Origin: Verrucomicrobiota bacterium | Lineage (GTDB): Bacteria; Verrucomicrobiota; Verrucomicrobiia; Palsa-1439 | Direction of reading: 5' to 3' | NCBI GenBank assembly: GCA_037146675.1 | Contig: JBAWWR010000003.1 | Span: forward strand, 1-56,070 | Length of the DNA stretch: 56,070 nucleotides | In this document: one piece after another, positions 46,675-55,951 of the stretch | Numbering within the stretch: the first letter of the stretch is position 1 | Layout: each line of letters opens with the position of its first letter | Made by a program: the position numbers and the translations under genes | The notes under the pieces: model-generated | Seen by the model: only the letters and a program-made list of their open reading frames with translations | Databases searched by the model: none | What the model was told of the DNA's origin: nothing

Positions 46675-49009
46675 ATTGTTTAGCGAAAACCGCCGTGGCG
46701 AGATACCGGCGGGCGCGGTCGGCGGACTTGCCGTCTTGCGCGTAGAACTCGCCCAGTTGTTGGATCGTTGCCGGCAGCAAATCGCGCCAAAGGATGGTCA
46801 GCGCGCCGTATGGCAAAGTGAACGTCAATTCCGTATCCGTCGCGCCGGTCAGCTTGCCATCAACATGCGCGCCTCGCGTGACGATTTTGCTGGCCTCAAA
46901 CGGCTTGCGCGCGAAATCGGCGGCCAACATTCTTTTCAACTCCACCAACCAGTACAACATGGCGCGGCGCTGAGCGAGCGCTTGCTTGCCGGCCGGTGTT
47001 ATAGGTTTCGGCAGCATGGCGTCGAGTTTGTCGAGCGCGGATTTGAAATCGTAATTAGTTAACGGCGTCTCGAGCGCTTGGACTTGTCGGATTTCGGCGT
47101 CGGCGCGTTGTTGGGATTGTTCTTCAGCGAGGCGTTGCTGGGCCTCGGCTGCGGCATTTAGCTTCGCATCCTCCAGTTTCTGTTGGGCGAGTTGCTGGGC
47201 TTTTAGAATGTCAGCTTCAAGCTCGGCGAGTTGTATTTTGAATGCGGGGGAAAGCAACCAATCCCGCGCAGCGCTCACTGCCTTAAGCGCAGCGTCAAGT
47301 TTTCCGGTTTGTTTGAGCCGGTCAATCTCAGCAAACACGCTAGGAATTCGCTGAATGTCGTCGGTAAGTTTCTTTGCCAACGGTTGGAGCGCGTAAGCCC
47401 ATGGCTGATCAGAATCGGGTTTTCGCTGTTGGTATTGTTCAAATGCTAGGCGGGCCGCGTTGGTTTGACCGGCAGACAGATACTTGAGACCGGTGAGCAT
47501 TTGCGAAAATGCCGCGGCCCAATCCGGCCAATTTGTTGCGACAGCGGCCGGTAATGTATCGAGCATCAGCGCGGCAAGCGGTTCGGCTAGGTTGGCAATG
47601 GTAATTTTCCCCGGCAAGGCGGGGTTGGCTTTCTGGAATTCCGGTGCGGCTTCATCGGCGCGGCCGGCAGTGACCAGCGTGATGCCTTCGAGCAGGAACA
47701 CCCATTGCCGGTGGTGCGGCTGGCCACGTGTAAGTTTTTGTTTGAGGTTTGCGCACTCACTGAGCGCGGCTTGAATGTTATTTTGGGCAAGTTGAGCGAT
47801 GGCGTTGGTCCACGCGTCAGCCCACGGCGTTGCGGCGTTGAAGTTGACTTCTTCGTCGGGAACAACAACGACTGGCGCGGTGTTGGTGACGGCTGCTGAT
47901 GGCGCCGGCGTGTGAGCGCTGGTTTCGATGTCGAACAACTTGGCGCGGTTGAGCCAGAGGAATGTGACGGCAGCGCCAGTCACGATGACGGCGGTAACTG
48001 TGGCAATGATCGAGAGCAACGTAATGCGCTCGCCGGTTGCTGTGACCAGTGCCGGACCGGCTTGTTTCTCATGCAGTAAATGTTCGGCTTGATGGAGTTC
48101 TTGAATGAGCGCGTCGTAGGTCGCGAATCGTTCGGTTGGTTCCTTGGCCAGCGTTCGGCCGATGACGTTCGCAGTGAAGTCCTGCACGGATGGATTATAA
48201 GTTTTGAGACTAAAAGCTGGCGCGGTGGCTTGTTTGGCTAAAACTTCGGCGGCAGTCTTGGCGTCGAACGGTGGGCGCGCGGCCAGCGCATGAAACAACG
48301 TGGCGCCGAGCGAATACATATCGCTGTGAAAATCTTCCGGTTGGCCGCGAAGTTTTTCCGGGGCGATGTAGTAGGGCGTTCCCCAAATGACACCAGGACC
48401 AGGGCCGGTGGCTTCGTGTTGGGCGCCGGCGAGGCCAAAATCCACCAACTTGGCGACGCCGTCTTCGTTGAAGAGGATGTTGCCGGGCTTAATGTCACGG
48501 TGGAGTAGCCCGCTGTGGTGAGCGGCATTCAGACCAGCAGCGATGCCGGCGCCGACGGCGAGCACGTCGACTTCTGGCATTTTGCCGAGCTTGGTGATGC
48601 GGTCGTCGAGACTGCCGCGTTCGAGTAATTCCATTGTGAGGAAATACTGACCACCGTGTTCGGCAAAGGAATAAACTTGAGCGACGTTGGGATGGTTGAT
48701 GGAGGCAGCGGCGCGGGCTTCGCGGGCAAACGCTTCGATGAATTGCGGATTGCCGGCAAATTTCGGCCGAAGAATTTTAACGGCAACGCACCGGTTGAGT
48801 TGGAGATCAATGGCCTTGTAGACAGTACCCATGCCGCCAATGCCGAGCACATTAAGCAGCAGTAGCTTGCCAAACTGCAGCGGCACCACCGAAAGCGACC
48901 CGCAGCGCGAACATTCTACTTGCGTGAATGCCGGCTGACCAGCCGGGTCAATAGGCGCATTGCAGGCGTGGCAATTAATGGATTCTGGCACAAGGCCGGG
49001 AGCGTCCAT
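46586..49009 (-). CDS. Hanks-type Ser/Thr kinase with N-terminal Zn ribbon, TM helix and extracytoplasmic helical domain
   Basis: CHAC..CSRC; GIGGMG, AVK, HRDIKPGN, DFG and GTPYYIAPE motifs. Confidence 0.92.
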   Translation of the reverse strand: MDAPGLVPESINCHACNAPIDPAGQPAFTQVECSRCGSLSVVPLQFGKLLLLNVLGIGGMGTVYKAIDLQLNRCVAVKILRPKFAGNPQFIEAFAREARAAASINHPNVAQVYSFAEHGGQYFLTMELLERGSLDDRITKLGKMPEVDVLAVGAGIAAGLNAAHHSGLLHRDIKPGNILFNEDGVAKLVDFGLAGAQHEATGPGPGVIWGTPYYIAPEKLRGQPEDFHSDMYSLGATLFHALAARPPFDAKTAAEVLAKQATAPAFSLKTYNPSVQDFTANVIGRTLAKEPTERFATYDALIQELHQAEHLLHEKQAGPALVTATGERITLLSIIATVTAVIVTGAAVTFLWLNRAKLFDIETSAHTPAPSAAVTNTAPVVVVPDEEVNFNAATPWADAWTNAIAQLAQNNIQAALSECANLKQKLTRGQPHHRQWVFLLEGITLVTAGRADEAAPEFQKANPALPGKITIANLAEPLAALMLDTLPAAVATNWPDWAAAFSQMLTGLKYLSAGQTNAARLAFEQYQQRKPDSDQPWAYALQPLAKKLTDDIQRIPSVFAEIDRLKQTGKLDAALKAVSAARDWLLSPAFKIQLAELEADILKAQQLAQQKLEDAKLNAAAEAQQRLAEEQSQQRADAEIRQVQALETPLTNYDFKSALDKLDAMLPKPITPAGKQALAQRRAMLYWLVELKRMLAADFARKPFEASKIVTRGAHVDGKLTGATDTELTFTLPYGALTILWRDLLPATIQQLGEFYAQDGKSADRARRYLATAVFAKQFNLKFADDRKLAAQLDPSLQSEIVLIFGN

Positions 49010-49093
49010 GACGGCAAGGTAGCACGCGACCGCTTGCGCCGGCAAGCTTGCCGGCGTAGGTTACCGACCAGAATAACAACTGGAGAAATCAAA

Positions 49094-49405
49094 ATGAAAA
49101 AATGGTTATGCGGATTGACGGCGGTGCTTGCGGTGGGAATGTTGGCGTTGGCGGACGAAGTGAAGAAGCCGGACACGATTGAACTGAATGGAACACTCGG
49201 CTGCGGGCATTGCACATTTCATAATACGAGCAGCTGCGCCGCGGTTGTGAAGGCGGCGGACGGAAAGTTCTATGTAATCGATAACGCTACACCCAAAGTA
49301 ATGGAAGTGCGCGACAGCGGCGGAAAAATCTCCGTCGCCGGAACCGTGACCGAAAAAAACGGCCTGGCTCACATTACTGCGACGAAACAAGAATTAGTTA
49401 AATAA
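49094..49405 (+). CDS. Small secreted CxxC protein, DUF6370-like
   Basis: GGAGA Shine-Dalgarno, signal peptide, GTLGCGHC...C and an OB-like beta pattern. Confidence 0.65.
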   Translation: MKKWLCGLTAVLAVGMLALADEVKKPDTIELNGTLGCGHCTFHNTSSCAAVVKAADGKFYVIDNATPKVMEVRDSGGKISVAGTVTEKNGLAHITATKQELVK

Positions 49406-49425
49406 CCCACTGTCCAGACAGTTAG

Positions 49426-49469
49426 GCAACGGAGCGAACGAAATTCTTTGTTTGCTCCGTTTGCTTTTT
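49426..49469 (+). terminator. Rho-independent terminator
   Basis: cggagcgaacgaa/tttgtttgctccg stem followed by a T-run. Confidence 0.55.
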
Positions 49470-49494
49470 GCTAGAGTCCGGCCAGGAAACAATT

Positions 49495-50595
49495 ATGTCT
49501 GAAACTTATTTCATCGTTCCAGCGTCCCAACATAACCAACTCGTCGAACGCGCGTACCGGCAGCGCGGCTACACACCAGACGAAGCCGCCGACGGCGCAC
49601 GCTTTTGCGAATTAGCCGCGACGCACGGCATCCGCACGCACAACGCCATCAAGGCGATTCACCTCGACGAACTGTTTGGTTCGAAAGTCGGCGGTTGCAC
49701 GCCGGGCGCGAAACTGGAAAAGCTGCCGACGAAATTCAAGGCCGTCCAGCGCTGGAACGCCAATAAAAAACTCGGCCAGTCCGTCGCGTTCGCAGCGATG
49801 GATGCCTGTATGAAAATGGCCGACGAATACGGCGTGGGCGTCGTCACTGTGGACAATGCCTTTCATTACCTCTGGGGCGGCGGTTACGTGATTGACGCGG
49901 CTAAAAAAGGTTACATTGCGTACACCTGTTGCACCGCCGGCACCAGCGAAGTCGTGCCATTCCTTGGTAAGTATCCAACGATGGGTACCAATCCGCATTC
50001 GTGGGGTTTCCCGACCACCGACGCCATTGGTTATCCAATTTGCATTGATTGGGCCACGAGCACTGTCGCGATGGGCCGTGTCCAACAGCTCGCCCGCGAA
50101 GGGAAACAACTCCCGCCCGCCGCCGCCGTGGACGCCGCCGGCAACCCGACGACCGACCCGACGCAAGCAAAGTCGCTCTTGTTCTTCGGCCAGCACAAAG
50201 GTTACGGCCTCGCGCTCGTGAACGAACTGCTTGCGGCCTTTACCGGCAGCGGCATTCCTTATTTGCGCGGCAAGTGGAGCGAAGGTCCGGCCAACGAAAA
50301 GCACACGCCACACTTCTTCTTCCAATGTATCAAAGCAGAAGCGCTCGACTGTGCCAACTTCCCGGCCGGTCGAACACAGAAGACCAACGTCAACGCCGTC
50401 ATTGAAGACATCCGCGGCCACGGCAACGACAGCGTCATGTTGCCGGGCCAACTCGAAGCCAGCGCGGCGGCGCGCACCGCGCAACACGGCGGCCTCCTTT
50501 TCACAAAAGCCGAGATCGAAGCCTTTAACGAGATCGCCAAGGAATGTGGCGCGGAATTGTGGGACCCGGCAAAGTTGAAAGCGATTACGGCCTAA
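49495..50595 (+). CDS. Ldh_2 family (malate/L-lactate-type) oxidoreductase
   Basis: HGIRTH, GTNP, DWATS, HKGYGL and LPG motifs. Confidence 0.88.
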   Translation: MSETYFIVPASQHNQLVERAYRQRGYTPDEAADGARFCELAATHGIRTHNAIKAIHLDELFGSKVGGCTPGAKLEKLPTKFKAVQRWNANKKLGQSVAFAAMDACMKMADEYGVGVVTVDNAFHYLWGGGYVIDAAKKGYIAYTCCTAGTSEVVPFLGKYPTMGTNPHSWGFPTTDAIGYPICIDWATSTVAMGRVQQLAREGKQLPPAAAVDAAGNPTTDPTQAKSLLFFGQHKGYGLALVNELLAAFTGSGIPYLRGKWSEGPANEKHTPHFFFQCIKAEALDCANFPAGRTQKTNVNAVIEDIRGHGNDSVMLPGQLEASAAARTAQHGGLLFTKAEIEAFNEIAKECGAELWDPAKLKAITA

Positions 50596-51958
50596 CAAAG
50601 TTCGCAACTTGGCCGGTGGCAAACGCCGCGCCGAGCGACTCGATTAAATCTGTCGCCAACAGCGCCGGTGCGCTAACTCGCTGAGTAGCTAGATCGCCGG
50701 CGCGCCCGTGCAGAAACACACCGGCCTTTGCCGCTTCCAATGCTGGCAATCTTTGTGCTAGCAGCGCGCCGATGATGCCGGTCAGCGCGTCGCCCATTCC
50801 ACCTTTAGCCATGCCGGGATTACCGGTGGAATTAATCCAGAGCTTGCCGGAGTTGTCAGTAACAACCGTGCCGGCGCCTTTGAGCGCGAGGATCACGTCG
50901 TGATCGCGAGCGAATTGCCGGGCAAACTCCCACCGGTTGGCCTGAACTTCCTGCGCAGTTTTTCCGGTGAGCCGGCTCATTTCGCCGGGATGCGGCGTCA
51001 ATACCAGTCCCGGTCGCAGCGCGACAGCGGTCAATGCATCAGCATCGACAGCGACTGGTAATCTTAGTTTTGCCACAAAATCACGGACGAACTTTTGCGT
51101 TTCCGGTGCGCGTCCCAAACCAGGGCCGATGGCGACGGCGTTGAAGTTTTCCAATGCTGGCAGTCGGTCTAGCGTCACCGTCATAACTTCAGGCGGACAG
51201 TTGCCGGCGACGATTTCGTAAATATTGCGTGGCACCGCAAGGGTTACCAAGCCGACGCCGGATCTGGCGGCGGCGTGGGCGCACAGGACCGGCGCGCCGG
51301 TATAGCCTTCCGCACCGGCAATGATCAGGAGATGACCGAACGTGCCTTTGTGTGCCGACCGCTTCCGTTCCGGTAACGCGAAATCGGCGCGCGTGAGCCA
51401 TTCCACATCCGACACCGTATCGGTCGGTTCAAGTAAACCGATGTCAGCGATTTCGAGTTGGCCGACGTAATCCACGGCAGATGGCTGGAGTAAATCAATT
51501 TTCGGCAATCCGAAGGTCACTGTCACGTCAGCGCGCACGCAAGTGCCGGTTCCCAATCCAGACGGCACATCAATGGCGATGACGAAGCTCCGGCTTCGGT
51601 TAATGAATTCAATGGCCGACCGGTACGGCTCGCGAACTTCGCCGGTCAAGCCGGTGCCGAGTAAGCCATCAATGATCAACGGTGCTGCCGGTAACTCGCC
51701 GGTGAGTTGGTCAAAGGTGATGAGTGTCGGCGCAAAACCGGCTGCGGTGAGAAACCGGGCGGCCACGATAGCGTCCCCGCCGTTGTTCCCTTTACCGGCA
51801 AGCAGGAGCACTTCGCGCGCGTTGTGTTGTCGGAGAAATTCGCCGGCCAGCTGGGCGACGGCGCGTCCGGCACGTTCCATCAACACTGCGCTCGGTGTCC
51901 CGGCGGCGACAGTGCGCGCGTCGAGTTGCCGCATTTGCGCGGTGGTGACGATTTTCAT
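50585..51958 (-). CDS. nnr: Bifunctional NAD(P)H-hydrate epimerase/dehydratase
   Basis: LMERAG, GKGNNGGD, DVPSG, HKG, GPGLG, TPHPGE and GGMGD motifs. Confidence 0.94.
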   Translation of the reverse strand: MKIVTTAQMRQLDARTVAAGTPSAVLMERAGRAVAQLAGEFLRQHNAREVLLLAGKGNNGGDAIVAARFLTAAGFAPTLITFDQLTGELPAAPLIIDGLLGTGLTGEVREPYRSAIEFINRSRSFVIAIDVPSGLGTGTCVRADVTVTFGLPKIDLLQPSAVDYVGQLEIADIGLLEPTDTVSDVEWLTRADFALPERKRSAHKGTFGHLLIIAGAEGYTGAPVLCAHAAARSGVGLVTLAVPRNIYEIVAGNCPPEVMTVTLDRLPALENFNAVAIGPGLGRAPETQKFVRDFVAKLRLPVAVDADALTAVALRPGLVLTPHPGEMSRLTGKTAQEVQANRWEFARQFARDHDVILALKGAGTVVTDNSGKLWINSTGNPGMAKGGMGDALTGIIGALLAQRLPALEAAKAGVFLHGRAGDLATQRVSAPALLATDLIESLGAAFATGQVANFVRP

Positions 51959-53178
51959 TACGCGCCGAATTTATCGAAGCGTTTGGCGTTGGCTTGCATA
52001 AAGCGGATCAGATATTTTGCGTCGAAAATGCCAAGGCTGCCGTGGTTGGCGGCGCGTTCGGTGAAGCGTTCCATCCCATCCCAGCCGGCAATCTCGCTGC
52101 TAATCATCACCGGTTGCGGATGCCAACTATGGCCTTTCATCGGGACCGGCGTGGAATGATCTCCGGTCACGACGAGCACATCGGGATTTGCCGCAATCAA
52201 TGTCGCCAAGCCGGCGTCGGCTTCTTCGATGGCTTGGACCTTGGCGTCAAAGTCGCCATCCTCACCGGCGGCATCGGTCGGCTTGATGTGGATGAAAACG
52301 TAATCGAAAGTTTTGAGCGCTTCGACGGCCATTGTAAATTCTTCAGCGAGCGAGTGCGCGCCTTCGATTTTCGCCATGCCGACGAGTTGAGCGAGGCCTT
52401 TGTACATTGGATAAATCGCGATGCAGGCGGCTTTCAAGCCGTACCGGGCCTGGAACGTCGGGATGTGCGGCTGGTGGGCGATGCCGCGGAGGAGGAAGCC
52501 GTTGGCGGGTCGGCAGTTTTTCAGCAGCGGCAACGCTTGCCGGTAAAACTCGGCGACGAGTTTGGCGGTCTTGGCGGTCTTGGTGGTTTTTTTGACCGGC
52601 CTGGCCACGCCGATGGGCTGGCCTTCGCGGCCGGGATCGGAATTAGTCAACGGCCCTTCGAGACCTTTGCCGCGGAACACGACGACAAACCGGTGGCCCT
52701 TACCGGCCTTGATGATGACTTCGACGCCGCTGATTTTTTTGATTTTCTTTTTCAGGATCTCGACCTGCGCTTCGCACACGCTAGTGTCAATGCGCCCGGC
52801 GCGCCGGTCGGTGACGAGGCCTTTGGCGTCGAGCGTGCAGAAGTTGGCACGGGCGGCGACGTCACCGGCTTTGAGGTCGATGCCGAGGCCGAGCGCTTCA
52901 ATGACGCCACGGCCGACTTCAAATTCGAGCGGGTCGTAGCCGAACAAGCCCAGGTGGCCGGGGCCGCTGCCGGGTGTGATTGCCGGAGCGACTGGTGTCA
53001 GGCGCCCCATTGCGGAGCGTTTGGCGAGCGCGTCAAGATTCGGCGTCTTGGCAACTTCAAGTGGCGTGCGGAAGCCGGTTGACTCGGTAGCGATGTCACC
53101 GACGCCATCGAAAACGACGAGCGCGAGCTTGGATTGGTTCGGGATGGTGAGGTCGGAATAAATCTTGTCGAGGTTCAT
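51958..53178 (-). CDS. apgM: 2,3-BPG-independent phosphoglycerate mutase, ApgM type
   Basis: DGVGD, TPNLD, PGSGPGHLGLFGYDP and TGDHSTP..HSWHP motifs. Confidence 0.9.
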   Translation of the reverse strand: MNLDKIYSDLTIPNQSKLALVVFDGVGDIATESTGFRTPLEVAKTPNLDALAKRSAMGRLTPVAPAITPGSGPGHLGLFGYDPLEFEVGRGVIEALGLGIDLKAGDVAARANFCTLDAKGLVTDRRAGRIDTSVCEAQVEILKKKIKKISGVEVIIKAGKGHRFVVVFRGKGLEGPLTNSDPGREGQPIGVARPVKKTTKTAKTAKLVAEFYRQALPLLKNCRPANGFLLRGIAHQPHIPTFQARYGLKAACIAIYPMYKGLAQLVGMAKIEGAHSLAEEFTMAVEALKTFDYVFIHIKPTDAAGEDGDFDAKVQAIEEADAGLATLIAANPDVLVVTGDHSTPVPMKGHSWHPQPVMISSEIAGWDGMERFTERAANHGSLGIFDAKYLIRFMQANAKRFDKFGA

Positions 53179-53231
53179 AGTGCCCGGCTTGTAACACTTT
53201 GGGGCACCACCCGGCAAGCCTGCGCTACGCG

Positions 53232-54374
53232 TTACCGGTTGATGTGAATGATCTCGGCGGGCGGGAAACCGTTGAAATATGTGGACGAAGCGTGGCTGTA
53301 GGCACCGATGTTTTCGCTGTAGAGCAAATCACCCAGCGCCAAGTTTGACGGCAATTGCTCCGCCATCGAAACCACATCGAGCGCGTCGCACGTTGGGCCA
53401 AACACGGAACAGATCTGGGTCGGGCCTTTTTTGAACGCCTGCAAGTGGTAGTGGCAGTGGTCGAAAATAACGCCGGAGAAAGTGTGATAGACGCCATCGT
53501 CAATGTAGTAGCAAACCTTGCCGTCGCGCACAGCCTTGCCAATGATCCGCGAGACGGAAATGCCGGCCGTCGCCACGAGGAAGCGGCCCGGTTCGGCGAG
53601 GATTTGAATGTTAGGCGGGAAGAGTCGCTCAAGCTCACGGTTGATGATGTCGGCCAATTCCGCAAACGGTTTGACCGAGGCATCGTATGGCGCCGGGAAG
53701 CCGCCACCGATATCGAGTACGTTCATCTTCGTGTAGCCACGTTCTTTGGCTTCCTTGAAAATGTTGGCGGCAAGGTTCAACGCTTGGACGTAGTTCTCGA
53801 AATTCGTAGTTTGGCTACCGACGTGAAAACTCAAGCCTTCGACGGTCAACCCGGCTTTGACAGCCGCCAGAATCAAATCCACCGCTTCGCCTGGCGCGGC
53901 TCCAAACTTCGACGACAACTCGACCATCGCGCCGGTATTGGCCACCTTCAGCCGCAACGCAAGACCGGCATTAGGCGCGAATTTTTTGATTTTACGGATT
54001 TCCTCGGCGTTGTCGTAGGTCACGAGCGGATTGTAGTGATCCAATTCGGCGAGCGTCTCGTTGGCCTTGATCGGATTGGCGTAAATGATCTTGTCCCAAA
54101 TCCACTGTTGCCGCTTCTTCGCCGGCAGGTCTTTGATGTTCTCGCAGACGATTCGCAGTTCCGGTAATGACGCGACATCGAAGCTCGCGCCGGCCTTGAA
54201 CAATGTGCGGACAATTTCCGGATTCGGGTTGGCCTTGACCGCGTAGTAGGCTTGGACGCGCGGCAAGTACTTCTTGAACGTGGCGTAGTTGCGCCGCAAT
54301 TCAGCGTGATCCACCACAAACAACGGCGTGCCGTGCTCCCGCGCGAGCCTCTTGAGTGTGGTGAGCGAAACCAT
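53232..54374 (-). CDS. Fold-type III PLP ornithine (or lysine/ornithine) decarboxylase
   Basis: YAVKANP, SKFGA, HVGSQ, DIGGGF, EPGRF and GPTCD motifs. Confidence 0.9.
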   Translation of the reverse strand: MVSLTTLKRLAREHGTPLFVVDHAELRRNYATFKKYLPRVQAYYAVKANPNPEIVRTLFKAGASFDVASLPELRIVCENIKDLPAKKRQQWIWDKIIYANPIKANETLAELDHYNPLVTYDNAEEIRKIKKFAPNAGLALRLKVANTGAMVELSSKFGAAPGEAVDLILAAVKAGLTVEGLSFHVGSQTTNFENYVQALNLAANIFKEAKERGYTKMNVLDIGGGFPAPYDASVKPFAELADIINRELERLFPPNIQILAEPGRFLVATAGISVSRIIGKAVRDGKVCYYIDDGVYHTFSGVIFDHCHYHLQAFKKGPTQICSVFGPTCDALDVVSMAEQLPSNLALGDLLYSENIGAYSHASSTYFNGFPPAEIIHINR

Positions 54375-54376
54375 GC

Positions 54377-55834
54377 TTAATCTCCGTCAGTGATTAAGAA
54401 ATTCTTAAACTGCCACGGGTCACGCCGGTCAATATTCGGTTTGTTATAGCCGGGGAACGCGTTGGCGTAATGCTTCAACGGGGTCCAGTCCGACGGCTTG
54501 GAAATCCATTTTCCGAGATACGGCTTGGCAATTTTCAGGACGTACTCGTGCGGTAAATCATCCGGCACGCATACGCCTCGCGCCGGGTTCTCAATCATCC
54601 ACGAGACCGCCGCCACGACTGAAATCGCGACCTGCATCGTCGTCGCATTTTGGTGCGGTACGAGCCGGCGTGATTCTTCGATGCTCAGATCGCTACCAAT
54701 CCACCACGAATTGTAAGAATGTCCCATCAGCAACGAACCAAGAATGTCCGCACCGGTGGTGATTTCGTCGTTCAGGATGCGCTGCTTCTCCGGTAGCTGG
54801 TAGTCGTAGCCGCGCAGCTCGTTGAGCGAGGCAATGGCCACATCCGCCGGACAATAGGCGTAGTGCACTGTGGGCCGGTAGACGGCTTTGCCCTTTTTCC
54901 AGACGGTGAGTCGGTCCGAAATGGTGAACGCTTCGCCGTGCCGGACCACCATGCCGCGGATGCAATAATTCGGCACCCATGACACGACCCAAGTGTTCAT
55001 GCCCATACGCGCGAGGCAAATCTGGTTGCGCGGGCCACTCGAGTGTTCGTAGGCGAGTTCGGGCAATTCCTTCTCGTGCGTGCCCCAGCCCATCTCGGCG
55101 GTCGTGGTGCCTTCTTCGCGAAACCCTTCCACGCTCCAAGTATTCACGAACTCATCCACTTCTTTGGGCCGGTTGGTGATTTGGGTGTCGCGTTCGCTGC
55201 AATGAATTACCTTCACGCCAAGCTGCATCGCGAGCTCATTAAATTTCTGGTCCGCGATGAGTTGCGCGAGTTTCTCCGCCGCGCGGCCGGTCACCCGCTT
55301 GTCTTTGAGTGTGCGCTTGCCAATATCCAAGAGGCCTTGTTTGGTGAAATGTGAAATCAGCCCGGGATTCGCACCGTGCTCCAACACCGCCGTCGGGCCC
55401 GGTGTTTTCCACTTGGCAATCATCGCGCGCAGTTTCATATGCCGCCAGTAGAGCGTCATCTCTTGTGGGGTCGCATTCTTCGAGTTCTCATACGGATCCC
55501 AGAGCTCGACCGAAGTGTTGACGTAGAGGATGCCGCGATCGTGGCACCACTGGACTAGTTCGCAGCAATCAATGTTCCAGGCCAAATCAATCAAGACGTC
55601 GCCGGCATTCAGATGTTTGCCGAGCAACGAGCCCATATTCTCGCGCGTGACGCGGTCCCGAACAAACTTCACGCCGCGCTTCAGCCACGGCTGGAGCGCA
55701 GTCCGCCGGTCCGCGAAATCCATGATGGTGATGTCCCGGCACGGCACACCGAGCTCTTTGACTAGAATCGGCAACGTGCATTGCGCGACCGCGCCGTAAC
55801 CGACAAATAAAATCCGTTTTCCAAATTTGATCAT
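54377..55834 (-). CDS. hss: Homospermidine synthase
   Basis: HGANPGLISH, NTWSVEGF, HGEA, YRPTVHYAY and QNAT motifs; AGGAG before ATG 55834. Confidence 0.92.
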   Translation of the reverse strand: MIKFGKRILFVGYGAVAQCTLPILVKELGVPCRDITIMDFADRRTALQPWLKRGVKFVRDRVTRENMGSLLGKHLNAGDVLIDLAWNIDCCELVQWCHDRGILYVNTSVELWDPYENSKNATPQEMTLYWRHMKLRAMIAKWKTPGPTAVLEHGANPGLISHFTKQGLLDIGKRTLKDKRVTGRAAEKLAQLIADQKFNELAMQLGVKVIHCSERDTQITNRPKEVDEFVNTWSVEGFREEGTTTAEMGWGTHEKELPELAYEHSSGPRNQICLARMGMNTWVVSWVPNYCIRGMVVRHGEAFTISDRLTVWKKGKAVYRPTVHYAYCPADVAIASLNELRGYDYQLPEKQRILNDEITTGADILGSLLMGHSYNSWWIGSDLSIEESRRLVPHQNATTMQVAISVVAAVSWMIENPARGVCVPDDLPHEYVLKIAKPYLGKWISKPSDWTPLKHYANAFPGYNKPNIDRRDPWQFKNFLITDGD

Positions 55835-55951
55835 AATTCTCCTTAAAAACTCGCCGGCGCCAATGTGTCTGAAATTGTTTTTCATGACAAGCGTTTTCCC
55901 GGTTTAAAATTGGGATTGCCGTGCCTTGCAGTGTGTGCACAATGCCGATCT

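Noticed and set aside
49612-54167. Long antisense ORFs (49612..50622, 51994..53082, 53355..54167; similarly 8621..9361)
   Set aside because: They mirror well-conserved genes in GC-rich, codon-biased DNA and carry no recognisable motifs
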